A stretch of DNA of 64,000 bases from the human T2T-CHM13v2.0 reference genome, Homo sapiens: assembly GCF_009914755.1 (NCBI RefSeq), contig NC_060931.1. The stretch is one strand, 5' to 3'. The stretch's first letter is position 1, and the number at the start of each line of letters is the position of its first letter. Positions 13,648-25,640 of this stretch are shown here, in pieces. The position numbers were made by a program, and so were the translations under genes. Below the pieces are notes generated by a model that saw only the letters and a list, made by a program, of their open reading frames with translations, made no database searches and had not been told where the DNA came from.

Positions 13648-16600
13648 TCAGAACCAAGTGTTAGCATATTTCACATTTGTATGTCCTTGATCTAAATATT
13701 AATACTACTTTGGTATCAAATATTTATGCTCACTTTTCAAAACTGCAGATCAATTACAAAATTAAATTTAATCATAAATTTATAACAAAGCACAAAAGGC
13801 CTAGAAACCTAAACTACTTATTACGGTGTATAGATGCATCCTATAATCATTGTTTTCTTAATAATTACAGGAGCACTTGCGTGGACACAGATTATGACTT
13901 CATTCCCTGGATCCCAAATTAAGAAGTCCACAGAATCCAGGCCTGCATATACATGGGGGCTGTCGCTCTGCCTGGGTCAAGGTTCCACTCAATAATAATC
14001 CACTCCACCTGTGCACTGGAGGTCACGAGAAAACACAGGAGGGACTGCAGGCAAAAGTTCCTGGGGGCAGGAGAGATGCAACACTTAACAAATACCTTTG
14101 TAACAAATTTTAATCATACTTCAGTTCTATCCCCTTTATAGAACCACTGAGAAATAATAAAAATGCTCTGAGACTATGTGATATTGCAACACAGAAATGT
14201 CCAACTCTTCTAATTTATTAGTAAATATTTTAATTACAAAACATTAAAATTCCTAGGCCTACTCTCCACATTACATCAAGCAATTCTTAACTTTTACTTT
14301 CTTAAATGAATTGCCAAAATAAAGAGTAGCTCAGAAGTAATATCTTTTAAAAATAATGCTCAAATCTAACGGGAAAAGTTTTATGTAACAGTTCATTATA
14401 CATGCTCTCATTTGAAAGAATGTAAACACTTTCTCTAACATGTTAGCCAAAAGCCAAAGGCCTAGAAACCTAAGCTTCCTATTATGGTGTAGAGTTAATA
14501 TTTTCTTAATATCTGCATGCTTATGAGGGTTTCATACAAAATGTCACTGTGGCTGCCCCATGTCACTACCAAGAGTCACAGGCCTTCTACACTTAATACT
14601 ATGTGCGGCACCGACAGGACTAGAGTAGCTCAAGTTACCCACTTCGATTAATTTTTTAAAATTTCTTTTGGTTCTAATAACTTGATTAAATAAATATAAA
14701 TTTATGCAAAGAAATGAATAACAGCTATGTGTACATGAAGTCCACATTTTGACGAAACTGATTAGCAAAACTTCCACTGATTTTTACATGAGCAAACTGC
14801 TTGAATACAGCCATTGATCAAATGCACCAGCTGTTTTGACATTTCATGTCATTGGAGATTACTGTATTCTACAGAAACATGTCTTTCCTCCATAGGAAAA
14901 AAAAAATTAAGCATGGTCCTGCCAAACAGCAAGCCTTCTTCTGTCCTTTATTAACAGAGGGTCCAATGGGAAATTTAGCCCTGTGTTCTGTAACAGCCGA
15001 CTACTGGGATGGCTCCTATAAATATTCAGACAAACGCAAAGTAAACAGATAAAGTAGAGAGTTAAATATACTTCAAAACCTCACCAAAAGGCAATTTGCC
15101 TTTACTTGTGTTCTGAGTATTCTGTCAATTCTTATACTTCAACTGAGCTCTAAAACTCCCTAAAAGTCACATCAAGTCTGACTTGTTAGTTTTTGCACAC
15201 AGCCTCTTTCCTAAAAGAACACTTTCCCCAGGAGTCAAGGAAGTCATACATCACTGTTTTAATGAAATTCCTAGTAAAAAACATACAATTTCAATCCAAG
15301 TAAAAACGTATATTTGTGTTTTTCACAAAGATAACTAATAACTACCTGTTAATAATTTAGCCAGACACAGAGTCAGTGAGTTTACATTCACCAACCTATC
15401 TCCCTTCAGTAATCTTCTAGAAGAGCGTTTGTAGGCCACAGGGTGAAATCTCGTTAATTCACTGCACCCAGTCTAGCTTGTTTCTATACAACACAAGGAG
15501 GAGTGGTAGTTTCAGCAACAGCAACAGCTTCACCACATAAGTTTGTTATCATGTGGGAAGACAGAGGCTTACTGAAAGTTTGATTTTATAATAAACGGTT
15601 GCAGAATCAGATGGAAAACAAATTTCCCTCAAGCACACTGCAAACACTGCCTTAATCTCAGGGAACAGAGGAGTAATCTCAGTGAAGAGCCAACAGAATC
15701 TGCCTGCCACCAATAATGTACTAAAGCCACAAATTTCACAGCAATATCTAACCTTTATAATTAGCAAGCATACACCTAAATTATATAAAATATTCGAAGA
15801 CCTAACACCATTTATCTCCTCAGATTTGAACACAAAATTGCTTATTAAACACGTAATTCTTGTCTGAAAAAATATAAGGATATTAACATTTTCTTGATGC
15901 TTCTTCACTGAAAGTATTAACAAATGACAAAGTGAGAACAATAGAAGTTAAAAATAATATGTCTACATTTCTTGGACAAAGATGTTCGGACAAGTAAATT
16001 AGACACTGGATATGAGTGAGGGAAAGAACTGAATGCATCAGGAATAATTTCATGTTTTCCATAGCAAAAATCCTTAGTTTTACTTTGCAATTCAAATATG
16101 AAAGCCAATCAGAGCTCTGGGAAGCCCTGAGAAGGCCAGCCCTCGACTACCTCTTGCCACACAGTACCAGGCTGAAAAGAGTGCCACGCTCTTAGGGTAA
16201 GTCCTTTCACTTCTATCATTAGACTCCCTTCAAGGATCTTACAGATACTCTTTGGATACAGTTTTGCCGGCCTTTTAAATGTTCTCTCTGTCTTCATATT
16301 TATTTATAAGGTGATAGTGACAAAATAATTCAGTGTCCTTAAATAGGCTCATTTAATAGGCTATGAAAGCCACAGATTTAAAGATACCTCTGTTTCACAT
16401 TTCCCTGTTATTTTGGGATGCCTATTACCATGAAAAAGGATTTCCCACATTTACTTTCTTTCTGGGGAATTTGTTTGTTCAAAGAGAATTATATAACCAC
16501 CAGTAAGTGCACTGCAAAAAAAAAAAAAAAAGAGAGAGAGAAAGAAAACTTCTTTTTAACATTCCTCAGCTTCAGGATTATTTGATTTGCTAACCTGGCT

Positions 16601-17633
16601 CACCTTTTCCTGGCATTAAAGGAAAACTTTAAAATTTTAAAAAGAGCCCGACTGAAAGTCTTTTACACACTTGGGCAACACGCCCGCCTATGGGCACATG
16701 GGCAGGGTGAGTCAGTGGGACACAACTGTAACAGAAAAAAAGATTTGTTGTCCCCAAAGCTGCCTCCTTCAAGTCCAGTTGCCATAGCAGAAAGTGGGCC
16801 CATTCAGTAAGCAGGTGCAGGGCTCACCCCAACCCTCATTCCATTTGCAAGACTCATACACATTTGCTCCAGGCGAGCGAGCGAGTTCGAAGGTCCCCCG
16901 GCGCGCCGCGCTGAAAACTACAAAGTCCACCGGGACTGCGCGCTACCCCGCGGCCCAGCCTGCACCGCTGGCCGGGATGAGCACGGCGCACCTGGCTCGG
17001 GGTCTGAATAATGAGCAGGGCTGCTCGTCCTGTTTGAGGGAAATTACTCTTTCTGAGAGTCAAATCCTGAATGTGACGTGTAATCCCTGCACGCAAGGTG
17101 TGGGGATAGCAAACAGAAACCGGGAGAGGTTTGGGCAAAAGCGGAATCGCGAAGACAGGGATGGGCCGCCAGACTCGCGGGTCCGCTACGGATGTCTGCG
17201 CCTCAGGCCTGGCCCCACTAGGACGCCCCTTCCACTGCCAGGGGAGACCCTGGAATAAAGGCAGGGAGGGAGAGCTGCTGCCATGAAACCCTCCGGGCAA
17301 TCCGAACACCTTCCGAGAACGCGGGGCCCGGGCGGCTGCGAAGCCGGGGAGCCCTCCCCTCCACGCTGCCGGGAGAGCCGATCCTGGGGCTGCCGCCGAG
17401 GCCGGGAGAGGGAAGACTTGATGGGAACCGGCCAGGGGCAAGCCCGCAGGGAAGAGGCCGGAGTCAAAGGCCGGGCGTCCCCTCGCTCCCCGCTCCACCC
17501 CTACGGCAAACACTTGGGGGGCCTGAGGAAAGCTCGGAGCTGAGTGGGGGCTGTGCTGGCGGGGACCCCCATAAGGACGCCTGCATACAAACCACCCCGC
17601 GCGAAAAGTGCGCTCCGGCCCCGGCCCGACACG

Positions 17634-17647
17634 GTTACCTGGGCAAC
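17634..17647. promoter_or_regulatory. RFX X-box motif
   Basis: GTTACC-TG-GGCAAC fits GTTRCC-NN-RGYAAC; occupancy unknown. Confidence 0.6.
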
Positions 17648-17852
17648 GACCCGGGTGCCCAAAGTACACAGCACGCACCACCACCCAACACCAGCACCCA
17701 ACACCAGCACCGCACCACCTGCTCCACCACTACCACCAGCACCCGCTGGGGCGGCAGAGAGGGCGCCCTGCCCGGGAGCGCGCGGTGCGGACGCGGGCGT
17801 CCGAGCCCAGGGAAGCCCCCTCTCCACCCCGCCCGACCGCGGGGCCGCTTAC

Positions 17853-17893
17853 CCGGTCGGGGGCTTGGCCGCCGAGGCGCGCGGCGCGTCCAT
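17853..17893 (-). CDS. COBL: COBL (protein cordon-bleu) coding exon 1, 41 nt
   Basis: ggcaccATGG Kozak context; ATG GAC GCG CCG CGC GCC TCG GCG GCC AAG CCC CCG ACC GG = MDAPRASAAKPPTG, the recognised COBL N-terminus; followed by a GTAAGC donor (phase 2). Confidence 0.96.
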
Positions 17894-17937
17894 GGTGCCG
17901 GGGGCCGGGACGCGGGCGGTGCTCCGGGCCCGCCGAG

Positions 17938-17976
17938 TCAGGCGCTGGCTACCGCCGCCACCGCTGCCGCCCTCAT
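17938..17976 (-). other. uORF2 MRAAAVAAVASA*
   Basis: ATG overlaps the uORF1 stop (ATGA); weak Kozak context; TGA at 17940-17938. Confidence 0.55.
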
Positions 17977-17999
17977 TCACTTTTTCCGCGCTGACCCAT
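17973..17999 (-). other. uORF1 MGQRGKSE*
   Basis: aggACGATGG strong Kozak context (-3 A, +4 G); 8 codons then TGA. Confidence 0.7.
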
Positions 18000-18072
18000 C
18001 GTCCTCCCACGCGGGCCGGCGGAGGACAGCGGCGGAGCGCGGCGGACGGAAGGGGCTGGAATCGTCTCTAGC

Positions 18073-18212
18073 GGGCGGGGGCGCCGGGAGCGCAGGGAGG
18101 GGCTGGCGGCGGCGCGGGGCGGGGGCGCCGGGAGCAAGGTGCGCCGCGCCCCCGCCCCGGCTGGCTCTGCCGCGCCCACCGGAGCGCCGCCCCCGCCCCG
18201 CCCCGCCCCGCC
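18073..18212. promoter_or_regulatory. GC-box (Sp/KLF, EGR1) cluster
   Basis: Two GGGCGGGGGCG modules and tandem (CCCCG)n at ~18190-18212. Confidence 0.8.
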
Positions 18213-18540
18213 TGCTCAGAGTCCCGACCCGGCCCGCGGCGAGTGTCCGGGGAAGGAATTCTCCGGCACCTGGGCCCTGCACCGACACCCGCGGGTGCGG
18301 CAGAGGGCTTCTCCCCGTGCTCCTCCACCCCTGGGGGGAGCGCGACCCTCTCTGGGCGGAGTGGGGGATCCCGGGGCCGGCGCCTCCCTGGCGGAGTTGG
18401 GGGAGGGGAACCACCTGGAGCCTGGAGGCCGTGCGAGGGCGAGGTGGGCGGACCAGCCCGGGAGGACTGACGTTGGAGGGTGAGAAGTGAGTGTCCGGCA
18501 CCGCTCTCTGACCTTTATCCGTGCAGCAAATGTCTAGTGC

Positions 18541-18723
18541 GTAGGGTCGCAAAGTGGGAGTCCCGACCTGGAGCGTCAGGAACACCTGGGAACTTGTTAG
18601 AAATGCAGATTTCTGGGGCCCACCAGGTCCCACGGAATCAGAAACAGTGCGGGCTGGAGCGCGGCCTCGCTTTGCTAACAACTCACTCGCTCTAGGTGAA
18701 TGCTCGCTTAAGTTTGCCAACCT
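18541..18723 (+). mobile_element. MER5A hAT-Charlie element
   Basis: cacctgggaacttgttagaaatgcag...gaatcagaaac...taagtttg matches MER5A. Confidence 0.8.
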
Positions 18724-19339
18724 GATTCACTGGGCGCTACTGTGGCACAACCCTGCCACTCCAGTGCGGGCTGGCGGGCAGATATGCAGGTCCTGCCGGC
18801 CACGCCGGGGCCCAGAGCAAGTCAGCCAGAGGTCCCTTATCTGCCCAACTTCACCTCCACTCTCTAAGATCTTGGTTGGTATGATGGGCTGACCTATAAA
18901 AGTGGCAGTTTCATATGGTTTCAATGACTCGAATAAAAGACCAACAAGAGGCCAGATCGGGCGAGCCTGATAGCGTTGGGGGTGACGCTCCCCTTGCGAT
19001 CTTGTCATTGGATGAGGTATCCAGAGGCCTGCGCAGCCTTCCTCCCTCTGATCCCCTGCTTTCTCATTAACTGAAGGGGGGGCAGACCAGTCTATATGCA
19101 AAATGTGAGTCCTTACTCGTGGCTGGCAGATCTTGGGTGCTCCCTGCTCCCACCTAGAAGGTTTCCTAAGTCCCCAGGTGGCCCTGGGGCTCACTTCCCT
19201 GCAGCCCAGCCTCCCATGAGTGGAGCGCTTTCCCGGCTCAGGGCCTCTGGCTGGGATGCTGCTCCACAGTGCTCTTCCTCCTCCTTTTCATCCCGTGGTC
19301 TCCCCAAGGAGCCTTTCCTGGCCTCTCTGTCTAAAAGCA

Positions 19340-19578
19340 CCCTGCGGAGCACAGTGGCTTACACCTGTAACCTCAGCACTCAGGGAAGCCAAGGCCGGAG
19401 GAGCAGTTGAGCTCAGGAGTCGGAGACCAGCCTGTGCAACCTGGGAGAACTTTCTACAAAATAAAAAAATTAGCGGAGCATGGTGGCACACACCTGTAAT
19501 CCCAGCTACGGGGCGGGGCGGCGAGTGGGGAGCAGGCTGGACAATGGAGTGAGATCCTGTCTTAAAACACAAAATAAA
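19340..19578 (+). mobile_element. degenerate AluJ with internal deletion
   Basis: Left arm and linker present; most of the right arm replaced by a short G-rich filler. Confidence 0.8.
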
Positions 19579-19642
19579 AGCAGCTCTCACTCAAGCTCCT
19601 GACTGCTGCCTTGTCCTAATTTTCTTCTGAGCATTTGTCACT

Positions 19643-19870
19643 GTATGTGTGTGTGTATGTGTGTATGTGTATATATATATGTGTGTGTGTATATGTGTAT
19701 GTGTGTATATATGTGTGTGTTTATATTTAAATGTAAGTTTATAAAGAAATGTTTACATGTAATGTGTTATATTTATAGACATGTTTATATGAATGCATAA
19801 AATTTGTATTTATGTAAACTTATAAATATGTATATACATTATATATAAATGGAATAAAAAACATAAATAA
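19643..19870. repeat. (TG)n/(TA)n microsatellite and AT-rich low complexity
   Basis: Seen directly. Confidence 0.9.
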
Positions 19871-19894
19871 CATATCCTATTCCGCATATATTTT

Positions 19895-20045
19895 GCTCAT
19901 GTGTTTGCCATTGGTCTCCTCCCTAGCATGTGATCTTAGCAAGCGCTGGGCCTTTGTCTGATTTATCACCCCCAGCATCTAGGGCAGTGCCTAGCAGGGT
20001 GGAGTCAGTGCTCAGTAAACAAAGGGTGCACTGAATGAATGAATC
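19895..20045 (+). mobile_element. L2 3' end
   Basis: cagcatctagggcagtgcctagca...gtgctcagtaaa...tgaatgaatgaat. Confidence 0.75.
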
Positions 20046-21197
20046 TCTTCTTGCACCTTGGGTGTGGGTATTAGAGAGTCTCTCCCAAAATCTGGGGAGC
20101 CCCTCCTTGCTCTGGACACCACCATGGGAAGGGCTGCCCAGGAGGGGCCAGAGCTGAAAACTAGACTAGGCACTGTGAGCCAGACCCCATTGAAATCCCT
20201 AAGGAGAAGTCCACCTCACAGGTGACACATACTCCAAGCACCTGGCAGAGGCAGCAAGAGGAAGTATGGTGGGGACATGGAGCAAAAGAAGCCCGGAGTG
20301 ACCCAGTGTCTCAGATGCTGAGCACAGATGGCAACAGGAAGCCCGAAGCAGGTGGATGGTGAAGAGTAAGAGAGCTCCTCAACATCCAGAAAAACAATGA
20401 GAAGGAGGTGACGTGCCACCTCCAGGCCAAGATGCAACTTGCTGTTCTAGGAAAAAGGCCCAGGTGACCCTAGGCCTGGACAACCTCAGATCCTTGGAAG
20501 GCCCCCAGACATCTACTCAGAAACCCAACAGGGACCAGTTTCCAGAAATGAAGTGGAGGGTTAAGCCTGGTTAGAGCTGTCAGGATGAGACACAGAGTAA
20601 AGGTCAGACTTCTGCCAGAGGGAGGAGCTTCACGCTGTGACCCAGGGCCTGCAATCTAAATGGGCCAGGACTGCCGATCACTTGTGTCAACTGTGGGGAG
20701 GGGCACAGAGCCTGGGGGGGCAGGCGGGGCCTAGGACCTGATCAGATTCTGTGCATATTGCCACCCACACTTCCCTGACTGATAAGGGCCCCAAGAGATG
20801 CAACTGTGGGGAGTTGTTTTCCAAAATTGTATAGTTCAACAGATATTTCTGAGCATCTACTGTATGCCAGCCTTTGTCTGCGGTGTGGATGTGGCCACCT
20901 CATAGGGAGGGCTAGGCAAGGAAATCAGTAACAGACAGGGCTGAGCTCTTCCAGACAGACAGTGAGAAAGAGGAATAGGTGATGGGCTGAAAGCAAAGGG
21001 CTGAGTGGGGCCTTGTAGAGGATGTCACCAAGATCAGCCTACCACTTGTCACTGAGCAGAACGCACTCCTTCCTGTGCTTACTGACTTCAGCAGAGCAAA
21101 TGGCACAATCACACGCTAGGGAAACTCAAAGGGAAAGGTGTTCTTTATGGACTCTTTCCTGCACATGCTTTTAAATGTCCTTATTAAAACTGTCACT

Positions 21198-21494
<297 letters not shown>

Positions 21495-21551
21495 ACTTTT
21501 TCAGATGTCGACCATCACTAAATCATCTATATTTTATAGTGTGGCAAACAT

Positions 21552-21740
21552 CCAGGGATGTGCTGATAAATGCTTACAAATGATATTTTTAAATTTTTTT
21601 AAAAAGAGTCCCTATTTGTAGCATTTGCCAGTTTTTGTAGTGTAAACGCACCTTGGCAGATTTCAAGCTAGGGTGTTGTAAAGTCACTGAACAGGGAGTT
21701 ACAGAAGATGCAGCAAGACCGCAACTCTCCATGATTTGCC
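21552..21740. mobile_element. MER63-like hAT-Blackjack element
   Basis: cagggatgtgctgataaatg...tttgccagttt...gatttcaagcta...gtcactgaac. Confidence 0.6.
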
Positions 21741-22155
21741 TTCCCACATGCGTGAAAGCAGAACCTTTGCCCCTTCATCCACAGAGCATGGCTGAGTGCT
21801 GCTCTTTGTCCCAGGACACCATGCTTGTGTCCTGATATGGGCTGTAATGGGTGCCCTTGGCTATAGCTCTGGACTACAGTGGCATCAGCTCTTGCCCCAA
21901 GCAGTAGGAGCTACCCTGAGACCAGGGTGTAAGGCTACTTGAAGGACATTCTCTCCTTGGTCTAACCCCATCCCCCTTCTTTGCTCCTAACTCTCCTCCC
22001 AGGCACACCTGGGGTCTCAACAGCCCCCATCGGCGTACACTCAGCTCTCCATGACTCGAGGTGGGTGCCTGCAGTCACACCAGCTGCTCTTTCTGGAGGG
22101 AAAATGAAAGGAAGAAAGCACATCAAAGACACAGATGGAAGCAGTCCAGTTTAAA

Positions 22156-22310
22156 GCAGGGCTTCGTAAACGTGGATACTTCTTGGGATGTTATTAAGAT
22201 TTAGTTCGTGATGCAGTGAGTCTGGCTGGGACCTGAGAGTCTATGTTTCTAACAAGCTCCCAGGGAAGTGGAGACTGCTGGCCCAGGGAGCACACTTTGA
22301 GTAGCGAGGG
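22156..22310. mobile_element. MER5A1-like hAT element
   Basis: tttctaacaagctcccagg...ctgctggccc...cacactttgagtagc. Confidence 0.7.
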
Positions 22311-22329
22311 TTTAGGGTCAAACACAGTG

Positions 22330-22427
22330 AGCATCTTCGGGCCTGATCTTCCACTCACTGGTGGTATTGCCGAGAGCAAATTACTTCTCTCTAGGCTTTA
22401 GTGTCCTCCTCTCTAAAATGAGAATAT
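22330..22427 (+). mobile_element. MIR, 5' piece
   Basis: gcaaattacttctctctaggctttagtgtcctcctctctaaaatgagaata. Confidence 0.6.
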
Positions 22428-22550
22428 TCAGGGGTGGATCCAGATTTCAAAGGGCCTGAATCTTACAAAATTGTAAGGACCTTTTAAATAAATAAAGCAT
22501 ACCATATGATTAATGCAAATTTAGATACCAAAAGGATCTTTATTTTGAAT
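22428..22550. mobile_element. hAT-Tip100-like (Arthur1/MER69-like) end fragment
   Basis: caggggtggatccagattt...gggcctgaatcttacaaaatt. Confidence 0.5.
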
Positions 22551-22894
22551 GTGTTATGGACCGAATTGTTTCCCCTCAAAATTCATAAGTTGAATATAAC
22601 TGTAATTAGAGTAGAAACTGTCACTGTAACCAGTGTAAGGGTAATTACAGATAGAAACTTAGAAAAGTGAGTAAGTTTAAGTGAGGTCATAAGGGTGGGG
22701 GGGCCCTGATCCTATAGGGCTGGTGTCTTTATTGGGAGAGGAAAAGACAACAGAGCTCTCTCTCTTTCTTCACCAACCGCAGTGGCACCTTGATCATGGA
22801 CTTCCAGCCTCTAGAACTGTGAGAAAATGAATTTTTGTTGTTTAAGCCGCGCAGTCTGTGATATTTTGTTATGGCAGCCCATGCAGTCTAACAC
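22551..22894 (+). mobile_element. MLT1A-like MaLR solo LTR
   Basis: tgttatggaccgaattgt...ggacttccagcctctagaactgtgaga...ttttgttatggcagcc...taacaca. Confidence 0.85.
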
Positions 22895-22909
22895 AGATTT
22901 AGAAACTAA

Positions 22910-23239
<330 letters not shown>

Positions 23240-23317
23240 AGTTGCAACTTTTCAAAGCTGACTTTACTACAACAAGTGAGCAAGTGATGGCATAACAGTA
23301 GTTCTGCCTTCCGGGGG

Positions 23318-23432
23318 TAAGAATAGTGCCTACTCACCAGGCCCAGGGGGAGGATTACACGGGATAAAGTGTGCAAATTTCTTGCGGTGGTACCTGACAC
23401 TGGTAAGCAATCAATCCACATAACTCTTACTA
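23318..23432 (+). mobile_element. MIR, 3' piece
   Basis: aatagtgcctactca...gaggattac...gtacctgacac...taagcaatcaat. Confidence 0.6.
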
Positions 23433-23932
23433 TTCAGACTTGTTCACTTGCTTTTGGTGCATAGTTCCCTGCACAACCATGCAGCTAGAGTCCTGGCCCC
23501 TTGAAAAGAACTTAAAGCAGAAACAAGAGCCAAACACCCGTCATTGCGCTCTGGCAGGTGTACATGTCACCTGAGCTGGGCCAAGGTGGTGCGGGGGGGC
23601 GGCTGGGGGTGCTGTTTTTGGGAATGGGAGAGTCATGCATCCAAAGTCCTCTTCTCCAGCCAGTGTGCTGCAGTACTCGAGTCAACCTCAGCTCTAGAAA
23701 CCCTTCCCTCTGTTTCCTAAAACCCCCGGGAAAAATGTAAATTCTCCAGCAGAAGACACTGCTCGGCATTTTATGGAGCTGTGGCTGTGGACAAGCGAAA
23801 GAGCTTGGGTCTGTAGTGAGGAGCTGTTGAATTTAGGCCAAGGAGACCCTTGAGAAAAGGTTTGGGGCCCCACAAGTCCAGCCTTCCACTCTCCCCATTA
23901 CATTCTCAAGTTTGCATTAAGGCGAGAATTGA

Positions 23933-24351
<419 letters not shown>

Positions 24352-24357
24352 TGATTG

Positions 24358-24628
24358 CTTTCTTTTTATCAATATATAATTCACATACCATCAAATTCAC
24401 CTCTCTCAATTCAGTGGTTTTTAGTACATAGAGTTGTGCAACCATTACCATTGTCTAATTTCAGTACATTCGCATCCCCCCAAAATAAACCCTGTGTCCA
24501 TTAGCATCCACTCCCCATCCTTCCACTCCCTGAAACCACGATTTACTTTATGTCTCTATGGATTCACCTACTATGGTCATTTCATATAAATGGAATCACA
24601 CAATATGTGGCCTTTTATGACTGGCTGC
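24358..24628 (-). mobile_element. L1M (L1MB-like) 3' end
   Basis: ataattcacataccat...gttgtgcaaccattacc...tttcatataaatggaatc. Confidence 0.8.
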
Positions 24629-24951
24629 TTTTTCTTTTTTCTTTTCTTTTCTTTTTTTTTTTTTTAATTGAGACAGAGTCTCGCTCTGTTGCCCAGACTG
24701 GAGTGCAGTGGCACAATCTCAGCTCACTGCAACCTCCGCCACCTGGGCTCAAGTGATTCTCCTGCCTCAGCTTCCTGAGTAGTTGGCGCTGTAGGCATCC
24801 ACCACCACGCCTGGCTAATTTTTGTATTTTTGGTAGAGATGGGGTTTTGCCATGTTGGCCAGGCTGGTCATGAAGTCCTGACCTCAGGTGATCCACCCAC
24901 CTCGGCCTCCCAAAATGCTGGGATTACAGGCATGAGCCACCGTGCCAGGCC
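24629..24951 (-). mobile_element. AluS
   Basis: Full reverse dimer. Confidence 0.95.
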
Positions 24952-24960
24952 TATTAATAG

Positions 24961-25367
<407 letters not shown>

Positions 25368-25517
25368 TGATCTGAAAGGTAGGTACTATTGTTGTCCCTT
25401 TTTAAAAATTATATTAAAATTATACAACTTTATAATAAAAATATAATGAAATATAATTATATTTTTATTTTATGTATATTTATTATATATTATAATTATA
25501 TAATAAAAATCAGCCTT

Positions 25518-25640
25518 GTCCCCATTTTATAAGTGAAAAAAATCAAGAATTAGGGAACTTAAGTCACCCAATGTTACACAGGGCAAAGATTCATACCAGG
25601 CAACCTTACCTAAGACCCTGTATTCTTGGCCATTGTACAA
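25518..25640 (-). mobile_element. MIR fragment
   Basis: cccattttataagtgaa...taagtcacccaatgttacacag. Confidence 0.55.

Larger units (their letters stand above)
17894..18070 (-). other. COBL: COBL exon 1 5' UTR (TSS approximate)
   Basis: GC-rich leader upstream of the ATG; TSS inferred just downstream of the GC-box cluster. Confidence 0.65.
16870..18810. promoter_or_regulatory. COBL: CpG island / COBL promoter
   Basis: About 1.9 kb of very GC- and CpG-rich sequence spanning exon 1, with multiple GC boxes. Confidence 0.95.

Noticed and set aside
16794-19194. Long overlapping ORFs (up to 276 aa) across the CpG island
   Set aside because: Stop-codon scarcity in GC-rich DNA; Pro/Arg/Ala/Gly-rich with no recognisable domain. 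The real coding segment is the 41-nt COBL exon.
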